This document shows, piece after piece, positions 26,059 through 39,190 of a DNA stretch of 64,000 bases. Numbering within the stretch: the stretch's first letter is position 1; each line of letters begins with the position of its first letter. Source of the stretch: Dimorphilus gyrociliatus (taxonomy: Eukaryota > Animalia > Annelida); NCBI GenBank assembly GCA_904063045.1, contig CAJFCJ010000012.1, forward strand, positions 744,001 through 808,000, in the 5' to 3' direction. Position numbers and translations under genes: made by a program. The notes beneath the pieces were generated by a model, which made no database searches, was not told where the DNA came from, and saw only the letters and a list, made by a program, of their open reading frames with translations.

Positions 26059-29000
26059 ATGAGGATGACTGGAAAAAATCCAGAAAAAACAGCGTCCAAA
26101 CGACGCGATGTTACGCCGGATAGTCGAATGTTAAATTTTTGGAGACAACATTATGCTAGCCAAAAGCGTCAGGTTGCACCAAACGGTTGCGGAACGCCTA
26201 CTTTCACACCAGTAAGCAATTTTTTTCTCTATGATTTTACCCCTCAATTTTCCAACTGTAAAACATGTAACACACGTGATGCGTATTTTATTCATCCTTT
26301 CCAGAAGATGTATAAACTTTTGATATATGATTTGCTTTTAATAATCTGTTTCGCAGCCATCTTCGATTCTCTTTAAACTCTAGAAGTAGTAAATTAACTG
26401 AATAATTGAATTTGTTAGCTTCGAATATAGGTTGAAATCCGAAGTGTATTAGTATTGTCTTCATCAGATTTATTCATAAAAAGCACTCTGGCAAAAAGAG
26501 AGTATATATATACAAGTGATGATATTTGCGATTAACCATTTTATAAATATATAAATCTATATGAGTGTATATTGCATATGTATATACGCCTACACTACCA
26601 TTAATAAAAAGAGCATCAACTGCAATAACTTTTTTTTTTGCTGTTTTCTCTCACACCTCTCTCTCTCTCTAATTAAATAAATATGAGATATTTCCGAAAA
26701 AAGTTTAATTTTTATATTTTCCTGTCTATTTAAACATAGAGTATTTTTGTATGACAGGTAATAAAATAGCCTCTAGTTGTTTACTATACAACAGTAGTGT
26801 ACAGTGCAAATTTTTCCAGTTGCAATACCCGTTGCTTCTCTATCGAAACGCAGGAAACATTTACACTATAAAGTACTATAGGCCTCTGAATTTTTGTATG
26901 TATCGCTAGAATAAACTCAATGAAAAGCTAATTGTGAGATGAATTCAATGTCGAATTTTTTTTATCGCATAATAGTTTTGTTGTATAGTACTTTTTATCG
27001 AATACGGTCACTTGACACGGAAGAAAGGCATATACAATGACTGTAAAGGAAAATGGAGAAAAGGAAAAATAGATAGCAAGACAGAGATAGAGCTAGATAG
27101 ACAGAGAGAGGGAGAAAAACACAGAAAAATCATTATTTCTGTGCTACCGAAGAGGAAACTTTCATTCCAATTATACCCAAATAGAAAATCAACTAACTGT
27201 TTAAATTTAAACAAAAAAAGTAGATAATTTTGTGTTTATATCGTAAAATGAGCAAATTACAGCCACTAAAGATTTTTCACTCTGATTAAGTCTATATATG
27301 AAACGGAAAGAAACTGGAAATAATTTGACCTTTCCCTTTCCCCAAAGAGAAGATTTCTTGATGAAAGAAGAAGATTTTTATATTAAAACATTTAAAAAAA
27401 AGGATGCGATTGCGCTAAATAAAAATAGAAGGAAATTTAATAGAAAGAGAAAGATGAAGAAAGAAGAGTTAAAGAATTTTTTTTAAACTAATGAAAAGCA
27501 TACTACCACTGGTATTTGAATTATACTTCGATTTTAATATCAATATTTACTTGACATATAGCTTAAGATTATAAAAACCCATAGCATCTTTATAGATAAA
27601 TTCGTACAGATTTTCCTTTTGGCGCACAAAAAAAAAACTTAAGCTAATAAACAAATGGATTATGGCTCCATGGTATAATATTCTATTTGGTACAATGCAT
27701 ATTATCATATACAAAAACGCCCATAGCCAAAGAAATCTATATTAGGCTTAACAAGATAGTATCAAACCCCCAAAATTATCATAGCATCAAACTGACTTAA
27801 TCTTAAAGTTGTTACTTTGCAGCCGAGGTGCAGGCAAAATCCACTCAATGGGCAGGTTCCACCTTTTGAAACTGATTCAACATACGGTACTCTAGATCAT
27901 GGATCTAGCTCTACAAACAAAGCTGGAATTTATGTTGCTCCTTGTGCTAACGGAAAATTCAATAGTTTAAGGGCTAACTATAGATCAAGAAGAAGCTATG
28001 AAAAGAGAAGAAAGAAGAAAGTGTTTGTTGTTATTGGGATGGCCACACTTGGGTTTCTGTTGATATTATGCTCAGTTTTGGCTTACATTCTGTACTTTAC
28101 ACGTAAGTAAACCTTGTCCATAGAAAAATATATGCTTAATTTTCTTGCTTTCTCTTTCAATCATTTCCAGTAACGGATGGAGATCGAATAGAAATTGAAA
28201 ATTCCCCTGAGGAGAAGGGATTAAGAGCTGTCCTCATTCTGAAAATAACCAATTTTAATTATACAGTATCCATGAATTCCAACGATTCCTCATCTTTTCA
28301 AACCATAGCAATACCACTTTGTGCAAAGGTAAGCTATAATTCTATTTGGCTATAAGTAAATCGCACTTGTAAATTCTTATTGTAGCTAAAAGGAATAGTC
28401 ACATCGGAAACTTCATTGTCTGAGTTATTCCACTCTTGTAACATTGGGAAATTGAGGTGAATTTCATAAGAACAATCAATAAAATATTAATAAAGACACA
28501 TTACTCATATCTTTTTTTCCTTAACAGTCCTGGAAGTGTAATAGCAAATGCTCAAATTTTATTCACAAATTTCGTATCCGGCAAACATATAAAGGGGATA
28601 ATAATCAAAGAATTATCACAAAATTCATCTTATTTAGGAAATTTCCATATACATGCATCAAGCATAAGTATCGTTATGAAAGATTCTATAAAGGAATCGG
28701 TAAAAACTACGTCGAAGCCTAAAAACAGTAGCTTTGCGAGAGAGCTAACATCGACCCATCAGCCAACCGAAACGACCTCTAACATTTTGAATTTGACTGA
28801 TAGTAGAACCAGTTTAATTAGCCGAAATACCCCGGAACAGACAACACACGGCCCATCAACAGGTACGGAAATTAAATTAACAGCATCAGCAACTACAACC
28901 GCAACGGAAAAAGTTAAAAAACATACAACAACCTCTGCAACAACCCCAAAAGAAAATAGTACTTTTAGACAAACAACTAAATTCTTCACGTGGCAAACTA

Positions 29001-30176
29001 CCACTAGTATTGACAAAACAACTAACAGCACTAAAACAACGATCAGTTCTATTGAGCCTGAAGAATCAACTACAATAAGCGAAAATAGTAGTATTACTGG
29101 TGTTGACGTTAAAACTACATTGAGAACTACCTCAGAAAATAAAGAAACTAGTCGAGAAGAGACGGCAATGACAGACTATTCTAACAAGGATATGCATACG
29201 AAAACCACTAGAGTGAGAACCACTGACAAGACATCTAATCATTCAACTTTTCGGGACTCAAGCTCCTTCACGTCAAAAAAATCGATGACTACAAAGAAGA
29301 ACGTTGAAAATACTACAAGACGTGTGTTTTTTACGAAGAGAGACAATTCCACTTCCTCTACCTCTTATATAACCTCAACGACTTCCGGATGGTTTAGCAT
29401 CAATGAAACAACTTTATCTATTGATTATTCGTCATATTCTACTTCTATAAAGAGTGAGTTTAACTGAGTAATTTTTTAGACCTTTATAAATATTTAATAA
29501 ATTTAATTTAACAGAAAACCCTTGTCATTCCAATCCGTGCACAAATAATGGATCGTGCGAAAATTTGGGCAATAACTCTTTTAAATGCCACTGCGCATCT
29601 TGTTTATGCTTTAAACACGATTTCGGACCCAACTGCGAAAATTCTACAATCAATGAGGCATTTAATTGCTCGACCAAAAGAGATGGTTATTACTCTAGTC
29701 CAAACTCTTGTTCACAGTTTTTTCAATGTAATAAAGGAGTAAGATTAAATATAGATTGTCCCAGGGGACTTGTTTTCAATCCGGAGATTTCTAAATGTGA
29801 TTATATTCAAAATGTTGCTTGTGCATTAGATTCTTTAAAAGAGCTTCAAATTCAAAACAAAACGTATTCGTGCAAGAATAATCCTTGTAAAAGTGGATCT
29901 ACATGTCGAGAAATTGGTCAAATTGGATTTGAGTGCCAATGTTCAGAAAACAAATGTGGCTGTCCAAATTCTGGCAAGCTATGTGATTTTGGATATTCAT
30001 TAGACGATTCTTGTTTAAGTAAAGAGAATTCTTCTGACTCTGTTGATTGTCTACAGCAAATACAATGTATTACAGGGAGATTGCCTCCAAGAGGAGGATG
30101 TTCAATAGATCTTTTTTACGATCATGTTCAAAGAATGTGCGTTCATAATTCATCTGTATCATGTGCTCAAACTTAA
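26059..30176 (+). CDS. Type II membrane SEA-mucin-EGF-chitin-binding (CBM14/peritrophin-A) protein, 6 exons
   Basis: Cytoplasmic N-terminus, RRKKK followed by a TM segment (about 28021-28100), SEA domain (LKITNFNYT...SPGSVIANA), Thr/Ser-rich mucin tract, EGF (NPCHSNPCTNNGSC), CBM14 (CSTKRDGYYSSPNSCSQFFQC...CPRGLVFNPEISKCDY), a second EGF and a degenerate second CBM14. The first exon (26059-about 26212) joins in phase 0 but is less certain. Confidence 0.8.
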
Positions 30177-30857
30177 TGAACAGTGCAATAAAAGCATTAT
30201 TTCATATTTTTATGTTTACTATTTTTACTGCAGATTTGATGTGACAATTTGTTTATTTTTTGTTTATTTATTTTCTTTCTTTTCTTTTGCATGCAATTAA
30301 ATACAGAATTTTAATGAAACGCATTGAAATTCAATTAAGATGCTGCTTCTAATAGAAAATCTTGTAAACTAATCCTATCTAGATTATATTAATCTTATAA
30401 ATTATTCAGAAAAATTCGCATGAGTTTAATATAATTACTTGCGGATTATGGAGGAAAAGAATTTACAATATTTCCGATTTTTTACGCCATCTTGCGGCTA
30501 TGCTTGAATATATATATTCTGTATTGTATATACTGTATATACTTTATATATAGATATATATATATTGTATATCTACAACGAGGGATATTTTATCTGATGA
30601 AGCATAGAATCAGAAGTTTTTTACAATGTTGTAAAATATAAAATATGTTGTGCTAAGTGGCTTTTCTCTTGTTTCCATAAATTACAATACCATTATGAAT
30701 ATTTTAAAGTCAACGCCTTAAAGCAAAATGTTTTAATCCTGTTCAAATATTGTAAAGATTTAGCAGTTTTACTGCTTGAAAGTTATTCGAAACCCTTCAA
30801 GCAAACATGAACTGAGACATTCTTCTGTTAGTTTTTAGTGCAGTTGAATCTCTAGAG

Positions 30858-31229
30858 ATGGATGTTAGACCTTCTTTCTACGACTATAGATTGGAAAAAT
30901 CATCAACTAGTACTTCTTTAACAAGATTCACATCATCTTCTCAATCAACCGAACCGAAAAAATCTAGCACAGTTCCAGACTTTTCCAAGGTTTACGGCTC
31001 AATTTTACAATCGAAGAGTTCAAATTCAACACTTTCACCTAAAGGAGTACATAAAGATGTTGAAGAGATTTACAAAGAAATGAAATTGAACCCATTTCAA
31101 GCAGTCGTAAAGAAATTGCAGAAAAAATTAAACTGTGTTCAAATACTTACAATTTTAATGCTTCTAGTAATAATTGGAGGATTTGGTTTCGCAATTTATA
31201 GATTGGTGGATAGTCAAATTAAAGAGTAG
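30858..31229 (+). CDS. Orphan 123-aa protein with C-terminal transmembrane segment
   Basis: ATG-to-stop ORF, Ser-rich N-terminus, basic patch, then ILTILMLLVIIGGFGFAIY. Confidence 0.55.
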   Translation: MDVRPSFYDYRLEKSSTSTSLTRFTSSSQSTEPKKSSTVPDFSKVYGSILQSKSSNSTLSPKGVHKDVEEIYKEMKLNPFQAVVKKLQKKLNCVQILTILMLLVIIGGFGFAIYRLVDSQIKE

Positions 31230-31834
31230 AAAACAATCATAAAAGAAATGATTGTTTCCTGAATAAAACAAAAAAACATGAAGAAAGTGAATAATCTATA
31301 CATTTATCAAAGTTAAGTTTTATCTATGAATTCTTTTCATTTATTGAAAATATATTTATGTAAAGGGGAAGTGGAGGGTGATGAGAAAGTGTGATAATCA
31401 ATGATTTATAACAGATACTTTATCGTTAATTCTAATCATTTAAGAAAAAATAAATCACCTTTAATGTTATAACGTAGCTCAACAAGAACTATAAAGTCTA
31501 TGAAGATTAATGAAGAAGAAATTATCTGTTTTTCAGGATGTAATATTGGGAAAATAGTTGCTCTAAGCTGTAATTTATTGGTGATCAGTTATTTTATAAA
31601 GTTAATGAATATTACTTGAATAAATGACCATATATTTTGTCTATGATAGCCTTAAATTGTTCGAAGTTTAATGAAATATATACTGTATATATATATATAG
31701 TATATTCGTAAATATTTTATCATATTGTTCGCTGTCGTAAGCATTGTATAATACTGGTTTTTTCTTTAAAAAAAAGATATTGTTAACAACAGTTTGTTAT
31801 AAACTATTACGTCATTCGCCTGAGCGGTTTTTTT

Positions 31835-34800
31835 TTAAATATGGACTGAGATCGGCATTTTTTGATCATTTTGAGCACTTTGCAATTGCATTTTCAAGTA
31901 ACGCATTGTATGAGTATTAGCTTGATTGATTATTAAAGTCTTTCCAAAAGTTGGATGATATATTGTCGGGGATGTTGTTGTTTCTGTCGATGGCGCCAAC
32001 TTCAAATATTCTCTTTTATAAAAATCTCTTTCATTTTCTAAACGATTAGTAAGTTCAATTAATCTATCGACTTCCTCCTGGGATAATGAAAAGAAACGTA
32101 AACAGAGTGTTATTTACATAAATTGTATATTAAACTTTTTATCGCTGAGTAGTTTATATATTTCTCTCAAAGGTACATGTTTAAAGGAAATTATACGTAC
32201 TCTTGAGTACTGTTCCTCAATTTGGGGATCTCTTATTTTTTCACTTCCGCTCATAAATTCGAAAATTTGCTTTCTCTCTACCTTCTTGTCTAGTTTTATT
32301 CTAAGCAGTTTTGATCCTCCAACTGCCATTATCGTTGTTAACAAGAATGTATAAACAAGCATACAATCCCAAATCAGTTCCAGACGCAGATCTCGTCCGT
32401 TTTGTAAATGTAGGCTGATCAATAACGAATAGGCTTCATTAATAATATAATTGAAGAGGATAAAAGCATTCTCGGAAGATTCATTGAAGGACGATGGAAT
32501 TTGTCGGCAATTCCAACAATATTTCAAACCTAATGAACTATAGATTACCCAAAACCCGATTAGTGGAATTCCTGACCATCGAAAAGGATCGCATATTGTC
32601 GATATTGCAACAGCCGTATCAATGATAAGGTATAAAATTACGCAAGTTGTTAACAGAGCGAGTCTACACCAGATGGCCCCATTATCGAGCCGCAGTATTC
32701 TATCCTTTTTCGTATTAATAATAGTAGCTATCCTATCAAACAAAAGATATAATGAGAGAGAAAATTAGAAACAAACAAGGCTAAATGACTAAAGGCATAT
32801 GCTTTCTAGTAAACAAATTTTATAATTACTCGTCTCTTAATAAAATTTTCAATTAATTAAGAAGAATTTATTAAGCATTCAGTTCTTTGTTATATCTAAT
32901 TGATAACGCTTATAAACAAAGATGAGCAAAGAAAAAAGGGAAGGCAGCTTCCTGAGAGGATCTCAGCAAATCTGTATAGGATTTTTTTTTCGAGTATTTT
33001 GAAGATTTTTTATTCTCTTTAATATTTAATGCTAAGTATTTTGAAAAGAGAGAAAGAAAAAGAGATAGACAGAGAGAAGGAGAGAAAGAGAAAAGGAGAG
33101 AGAGCGAAAGAGAGAGAGAGAGAGAGAGGGATAATAAAAGGGAAAAGCGCAGTATGACAAAATAAGAGTGAAAATGAATTGATATTATTGACAATAGAAT
33201 AATTGAATGTCAAAGTTTTAGTCTATAGAAGACAATCCTAAGTTGAATGAGAATTCAATAGTCATTAAGTTATATATATACTTGAAGAAAAAATATAAAT
33301 TTACTAACCTCCACATTTTGAACACGATCACACCGTTTATAAGACATCCTGCAAAATTTTTTATCCAATATCTACTTATACATAAGTAGACGTCCTCTTT
33401 GCCATACGAAAATACATCGAGTAGAACCTATAGAATGAATCAGATTTCATCAACGTCAAATGGGTTTTATTTATGCATTGCAAGCAAAACTAGTTAGGAA
33501 AACCTGAAATTGCAGGAGATAACAACCGCAAACGACCGAAAAAATTAGGGTAGGACACGAGCATCTGATGATCTGTATGGGAATAAAACGAATTGATTGG
33601 TTTATCAAGCCTGAATATAAAATAAAAATTGAATTTTCTTCCCGATGCACAGTCTTTAAATCTTATTCTATGTCTGTTTTTGTTTCTGTAGGTCGTTAGA
33701 GATTTGTCTACCGTGTGCTCATTTGGTTGCACCCGATAATTGACATTCCATGCACACTTAGAAAGCGTCACTTAAGTACGATAAATTTAGAGCTAATTTT
33801 TCGGTGGACCTAAGTACCTAAATCCATCCTAAAAGGCAAAATTAAAGCAAACGCAGACGCTTATGGATAAATCAAGTAAAGGTGAGAATAACGGAATAAA
33901 TGTTAGTTTGATAACTAGAAAATGAAAGTCGTAGGATAGCAAAAAGTAATCTCGAAGGTTTTGTTAAAAAGGCATTACAGTTTTAACGAATGAAGATGGA
34001 TAAAAAAGGTATAACAGCTAGGCATAAGAAAAATCTCGGAGGGCATCTTTTCTTCGTACTGCTAGTAGATCTATTCAATTAAACTAGCTCTTTAGAAGGA
34101 AAATGTTAACAGAGGTCTTTAATCTCTCATCACTCTCTTTCAAGGTGACAATTTTATCCCTTTATCGAGTATCTTTTAGTCAAGTACAAGTGAAAGCTAT
34201 GATAACCCATGAATTTTAAACGAGCCTTGTTTAAAAATTGTTTGAAAAAATCTACAATTGATAGATGTGATTAATTTTTTTCTTTTTAAATAGCACTGTT
34301 TTCTTATTGTTACTTTTAATTGATTTAACAATAAAAGAACAAAAAACAAAAAGTATTTTCTATTTTCCTCCATATTTAATCTATAACTATCTTTGTAAAA
34401 TGAATTCTAATATAATCTATTACGCAATTTATCGATAAGAAATATAGACACCCTTGTTTTAGGGGTCGCAAACGTGTCATTATATTGCAGTCGACGACCT
34501 CAGCGGACTAAATTAAATTTAGCCAAATGGGCAAATGACTTACAATGGGGATATAGAATTCCCCAAGCGCTAAGCAATGGTAAATATCATCTGAAACTTA
34601 TTTGTAGTTAATTCTCTACATCGCGTTGAATACGATAAATCAAACCAAAATGCAAATAAGAAAATCAGGAGAGGGGTGGGGGGGGAGAGAGAGAAGGGGC
34701 AGAATCGAACTATGCTCACTTTACCGCTGGTAAAAGTAAGTGGCATGATTAGAATAACCAATTTAACTCTTTTATAGTCGAACAAATTGAGGAATGAAGG

Positions 34801-35769
34801 TACCGTTTTTCATTCTCTCCTTAAAAATGCGATGAAAACACCATTTGTTTTTCTATAAATAGAATAATTTTTTTTACTTTACACGATTAACGGGGCCGTG
34901 TACTCTACCGCAAAATATTAGCATATAAATCGAAAATCCTAAAAACAACTAGAAAACATTATATGTCATGAAACTTTACATAGAAGGATCCATTATTTTT
35001 TACTTTTAAATATAATATAACTAATTATATAATTAATGTTTAATAGCTAAATAGAATATTTTAATAAACTTTTATATTCAGTTATCGAATAACTTATTTT
35101 ATTTTTCCAATAAATATTTTCCATGAACAAAAATCTCTTTTTCTCCATTCAATTCAATCGGAAAGTTGTTCAATAATAATTTAACAATTTGAATAATAAA
35201 ACTATTTTATTAACTCAATTTGTTCTTTTTAGATAAGGGAAAATTTTAGCATCTTTTTATTTTAAAAATATCTCCAATCTATCTCTCTATCTATCTATTT
35301 TTTTCTTTCTTTTTTTCTTTCTCTCTTTCTCTCTATCTCTTTTTCCCTCCCATTTGCTCTTTGTGTCCCCTTCTTTCCTTTCCCTTCACTCTTCCTCTTT
35401 TCTACGCCATCATCTATAGAATTTTGTTTATATTTTGGAGATAATACAAAATATATACAGTATTCTATCCGCACGGACGTATACAGTATATATTAGTATA
35501 TACTAAGGCCATATCTGATATATTCTCTTTTTACTTTGTTTAGTGAGATATACATATATACATTTATATATATATTTAGTCACACTATACAGAGTATATA
35601 GTTAATTTTCTCTATTAATTAAAAAAGTACTTACATTGTGATTTCTGTAGGAATATAAACAAACGGACAAAACTAATATCAAGATTGAAAATATACACCA
35701 CAAGCTTAAAATTCCGATCTGTACAGCAGCGAGCATGGCGATCGAATGGAAAACTTTGAATCTACTCAT
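31835..35769 (-). CDS. Class C GPCR, GPR158/GPR179-like 7TM, 5 exons, no ectodomain evident
   Basis: TM1 exon 35769-35635 ends YRNHN and joins IIRCSCPTLIFSVVCGCYLL. TM3 reads CISRYWIKNFAGCLINGVIVFKMWR; the class C signature reads CRQIPSSFNES; a coiled-coil-like tail (EEVDRLIELTNRLE) follows TM7. One donor (gttttc) is weak. Confidence 0.8.
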
Positions 35770-38243
35770 TCCTTTTTAATGCGCCGACGTCTATATTGCA
35801 GTCCTTTTATTTCCCTTTTGTAGAATGGTTTTTAATTTTCTATTATATAATAAAAATTCAATTCACTTAACATATACAAGAAGAAAATTTACATCCTACA
35901 CGTGCTCTATAGAGTTTATATATTGCATATAAGTTTTTTACTATAGTACTCATGTTCGTAACACTGGAATATAAATCATTGAGACAAATGTTATGATTGT
36001 GTATAGTATAACGATTGTATACATAAAGTGTTTTCAATTATTATACTTCATGTACCGTAAACAGAATGTTTTAATGATTATCAATATTCTGCAGAAAACT
36101 ACATAATTAATGACTGGAAATATCATTAATCCTCTCTTTGTAAGCGCAAATATCATTTAAGTGATTATTAATTCGTTATACTTAAATAAATAACAAGAAA
36201 TATTTATTATCAATTAGAATATATAAGGAAAATGATAGAAAAAGTGCCATTCTTGACCAAGATTTAGCGAGATAGATTTCTTTAATTGGTTTAAAAAAAG
36301 AGATAAAATAAAAAAATAACGAGATAGTTATATGTCTTTCTCTTTCCTTTTCTTCCTCGCCCTTATTTTCTCTATTCTTGCATTTCTATGTTTTTAAAAA
36401 TATTTTTATTATTCTCTTAATTGAATAGTTAATTGGTTAAGTAAAAATAGGATTTCTTCTACAACTGAAACTTTCTAAATATAACTTGTATAAATTAATT
36501 TTCTTTCCCCAGCTGTAAGACTTTATTGGCAATTATTGCAGTCACATAAGCAGTACAAGAATAAAAAATTTAAGTAGTCGTAAATTAACATGTGGTCCTA
36601 GAAAACCCGTTGTGCATCCTTAAATTAGACAATTTTATATTCATATACCATATTGGTAACAGTTTTCCTTACTTGTGTAACCTTTTTACCTGCGATACAA
36701 TACTTTTATCCTGAGCTTTTCACCGCGAAAAATGAATGATAAATATTATTAAAATAAATAAGCGAAAACTTGTTTACTTATTACCTTTTTACTCTATGAT
36801 ATAGATTGTAAATAAATGAAAACAAGCCAGTCAATTTCTATTCAATAGACTTAACCTGGTGAAAAGAAAAGATTTAGTCGTACAATTGTGGCTTCTCTTT
36901 ACCACATATCAATAGATTGGTAACCTTTCATTAAGGACTTTTGAGTGCTTTCACCTTTAGCATTAATTTCATCAGGTATGCATATGCTACTTTTCTATTT
37001 AACTAGAGGAAAGTTAATATTCATATTTTGATTTAACAAATTTTCAAATTCAAAACAATATTCTTTCACCAAGAAAGAGAAATTTTATGAATTACAATAT
37101 TTTTCTTTTTAATTCTTTATTACGAACTTTGACTATCCAAGGTTTTTTTTTAATATTTACACTAAGAATCCTTCAACCGCAAGGTTCTCTAATTTTCTTT
37201 AACCTTCAGATAACCTCTTAATTGATGACAGTATTTTTAATAAAAAAAAGTGTGTATTATCGGTAAAAATAGTGTTGTTGACCAATGAATTCTCCGTAAT
37301 TTGAACGACAAAACTTTTTGATAAGATTTCTTCTGTTGAACGAGTCGCCATCCCTTTTTACTTGTATATTTTGTCATAAAGAGTATTTATACATATACTG
37401 TATATATATATATATATTTATTAGTATATACAGTAAAGATATATTTCTCTTTTGTTCTCTATTAGGCATCTTCTATTACTTCCTTTTTTTTTAAAATCTA
37501 GGTTAATCCTTTCAGACATTTGTGCTACGAAACAATCTATAATCGTTAATGAAAAAGTATCATCTTAAATTATAACCATTATAATTAAGAACAAGTTTCC
37601 AAGTCTCTAATTAATCTTCAATCACTTGTTACTCGATTCGAAAATATCACCATTATTTGTAATAAAGAATAAAAGAAGAAAAGGATATATTGAATGAATA
37701 GAAAGAAAAAGAAAAATCTCATTTCACTATTTAGAAGAAAAAGAATAGACTAAGGGAGGGAAAATAGGAACAGTATAGATAGAAAGAGAAAAAGAAAATT
37801 ACAGATGCATCTTGTTTTAGCACAAAGGATGAAAACAACTTTTCATTTTCCATATCAATTAATTAATTAGAACTATTATTATTGAATTGATCAACAAGCT
37901 TTTGGCATATTCGTCTACTAGTTCGATATATCACGTGATTAGTTTTTTTAAGTATATCGATATAGGAAATCAATATAATCGTAGAGAAAACATATAACCC
38001 GCACGTGTCGGTGTTTTTTTTTAAATGTTATTTTGTTAGCGTTATTATTTATAGAAATAATTCCATTTCCGGCTCTCGAAAAACTTTTTCATATAAAATA
38101 TTTGAGATGATAAACATCATACATTCGTTAAGTTAGAAATTCAATACTATCGTATAATAAGAGCCTAGCACAGGCCTAAAAATTTCGTTCCATATGGCAG
38201 TTTCATATAATTGTAACTCAATTTGATAAGAGATCAAATAGTT

Positions 38244-38320
38244 ATGAACGGTGAGAATTTTTTTGTTTGATATCACTATTTAAATGAAGGATTTACCTTA
38301 TAATTTTCAATGTTAAAATA

Positions 38321-38357
<37 letters not shown>

Positions 38358-38760
38358 CTGTATATATGCAGTATATATAGTATGTATCCTAAAGTAAACC
38401 TTATATATATATGCATATATATGGTATATACATATACTGTATATTGTTTACATGTGTAAATGGACTCAATACATCTATATACTAACACATATGTATATAT
38501 TAAAAAAGTTTAAGCTATAATCAACTCTTTATTCTACAGATATGCCTATATGGTTAATTGTTTTATTCGTCATTTTATTTTTCACCATATTGTCTTTGCT
38601 GATTGTTATATTTATTATCTTACCAAAATACGATCAAGCATTTAAAATCCTCTTTCAAATCATACCAAGACAAATAGAGAAATTTCTACGAAATATAGGC
38701 CTTAGAAAAAAGAAAGTAGAAAAGATTAGAAAGAAGAGCATCTTTAGTTTTGGCGATTGA
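38244..38760 (+). CDS. Small single-pass membrane protein (about 75 aa), 2 exons
   Basis: ATG AAC G|gtgaga...ctacag|AT ATG CCT keeps phase 1. Long hydrophobic N-terminal segment and a basic tail. Confidence 0.45.
38323..38356. repeat. (TA)n microsatellite in intron
   Basis: Perfect TA run. Confidence 0.95.
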
Positions 38761-39190
38761 CTTTTTTCTCCAAACTTCTATTTTTAATTTCAATTGGAGT
38801 CACGTTCAACGGTAGGTGGTGCAGCAGTCAATTTGTCTTTTATTTTTTTCTCTTTTTTTAATCATATCATAAAATAGAATTTTGTTTTTTTGTTTTATAT
38901 AAAGAATGCGAAGACGTAGAGAGAGAGAGAGAGCGAGAGAAAAGAGATAATAATAAAATATAAGTTAGGTATACATTTACATCTATAAAAAAGAACTAAA
39001 ATAAAAAGAAAATATAAAGCCCACATTTGGACATTTTAACAATAAATAAAGACAATTGAAAATAATAGAGAGGACAAAAAGCAATAAGAGGATATGTGTG
39101 ACTCATCGATTTTTCCATTCTTTTTTTTTAGTAATCACTTTTAAAGCTCTTTAATTAATGAATAAAAATTTTTTACAAACCGACAATAAT

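Noticed and set aside
33490-33771. 93-aa minus-strand ORF from the track
   Set aside because: It overlaps the GPCR TM2 exon in the wrong frame and otherwise lies in the intron.
36480-37380. Region of intermediate base composition upstream of the class C GPCR, examined as possible ectodomain exons or a transposon remnant
   Set aside because: All six frames are broken by frequent stops; I found no phase-consistent exon chain, terminal repeats or transposase motif.
37396-37435. TACTG(TA)n...CAGTA resembling a bacterial LexA SOS box
   Set aside because: The context is eukaryotic and intron-containing; TA microsatellite plus footprint-like motifs explain it better.
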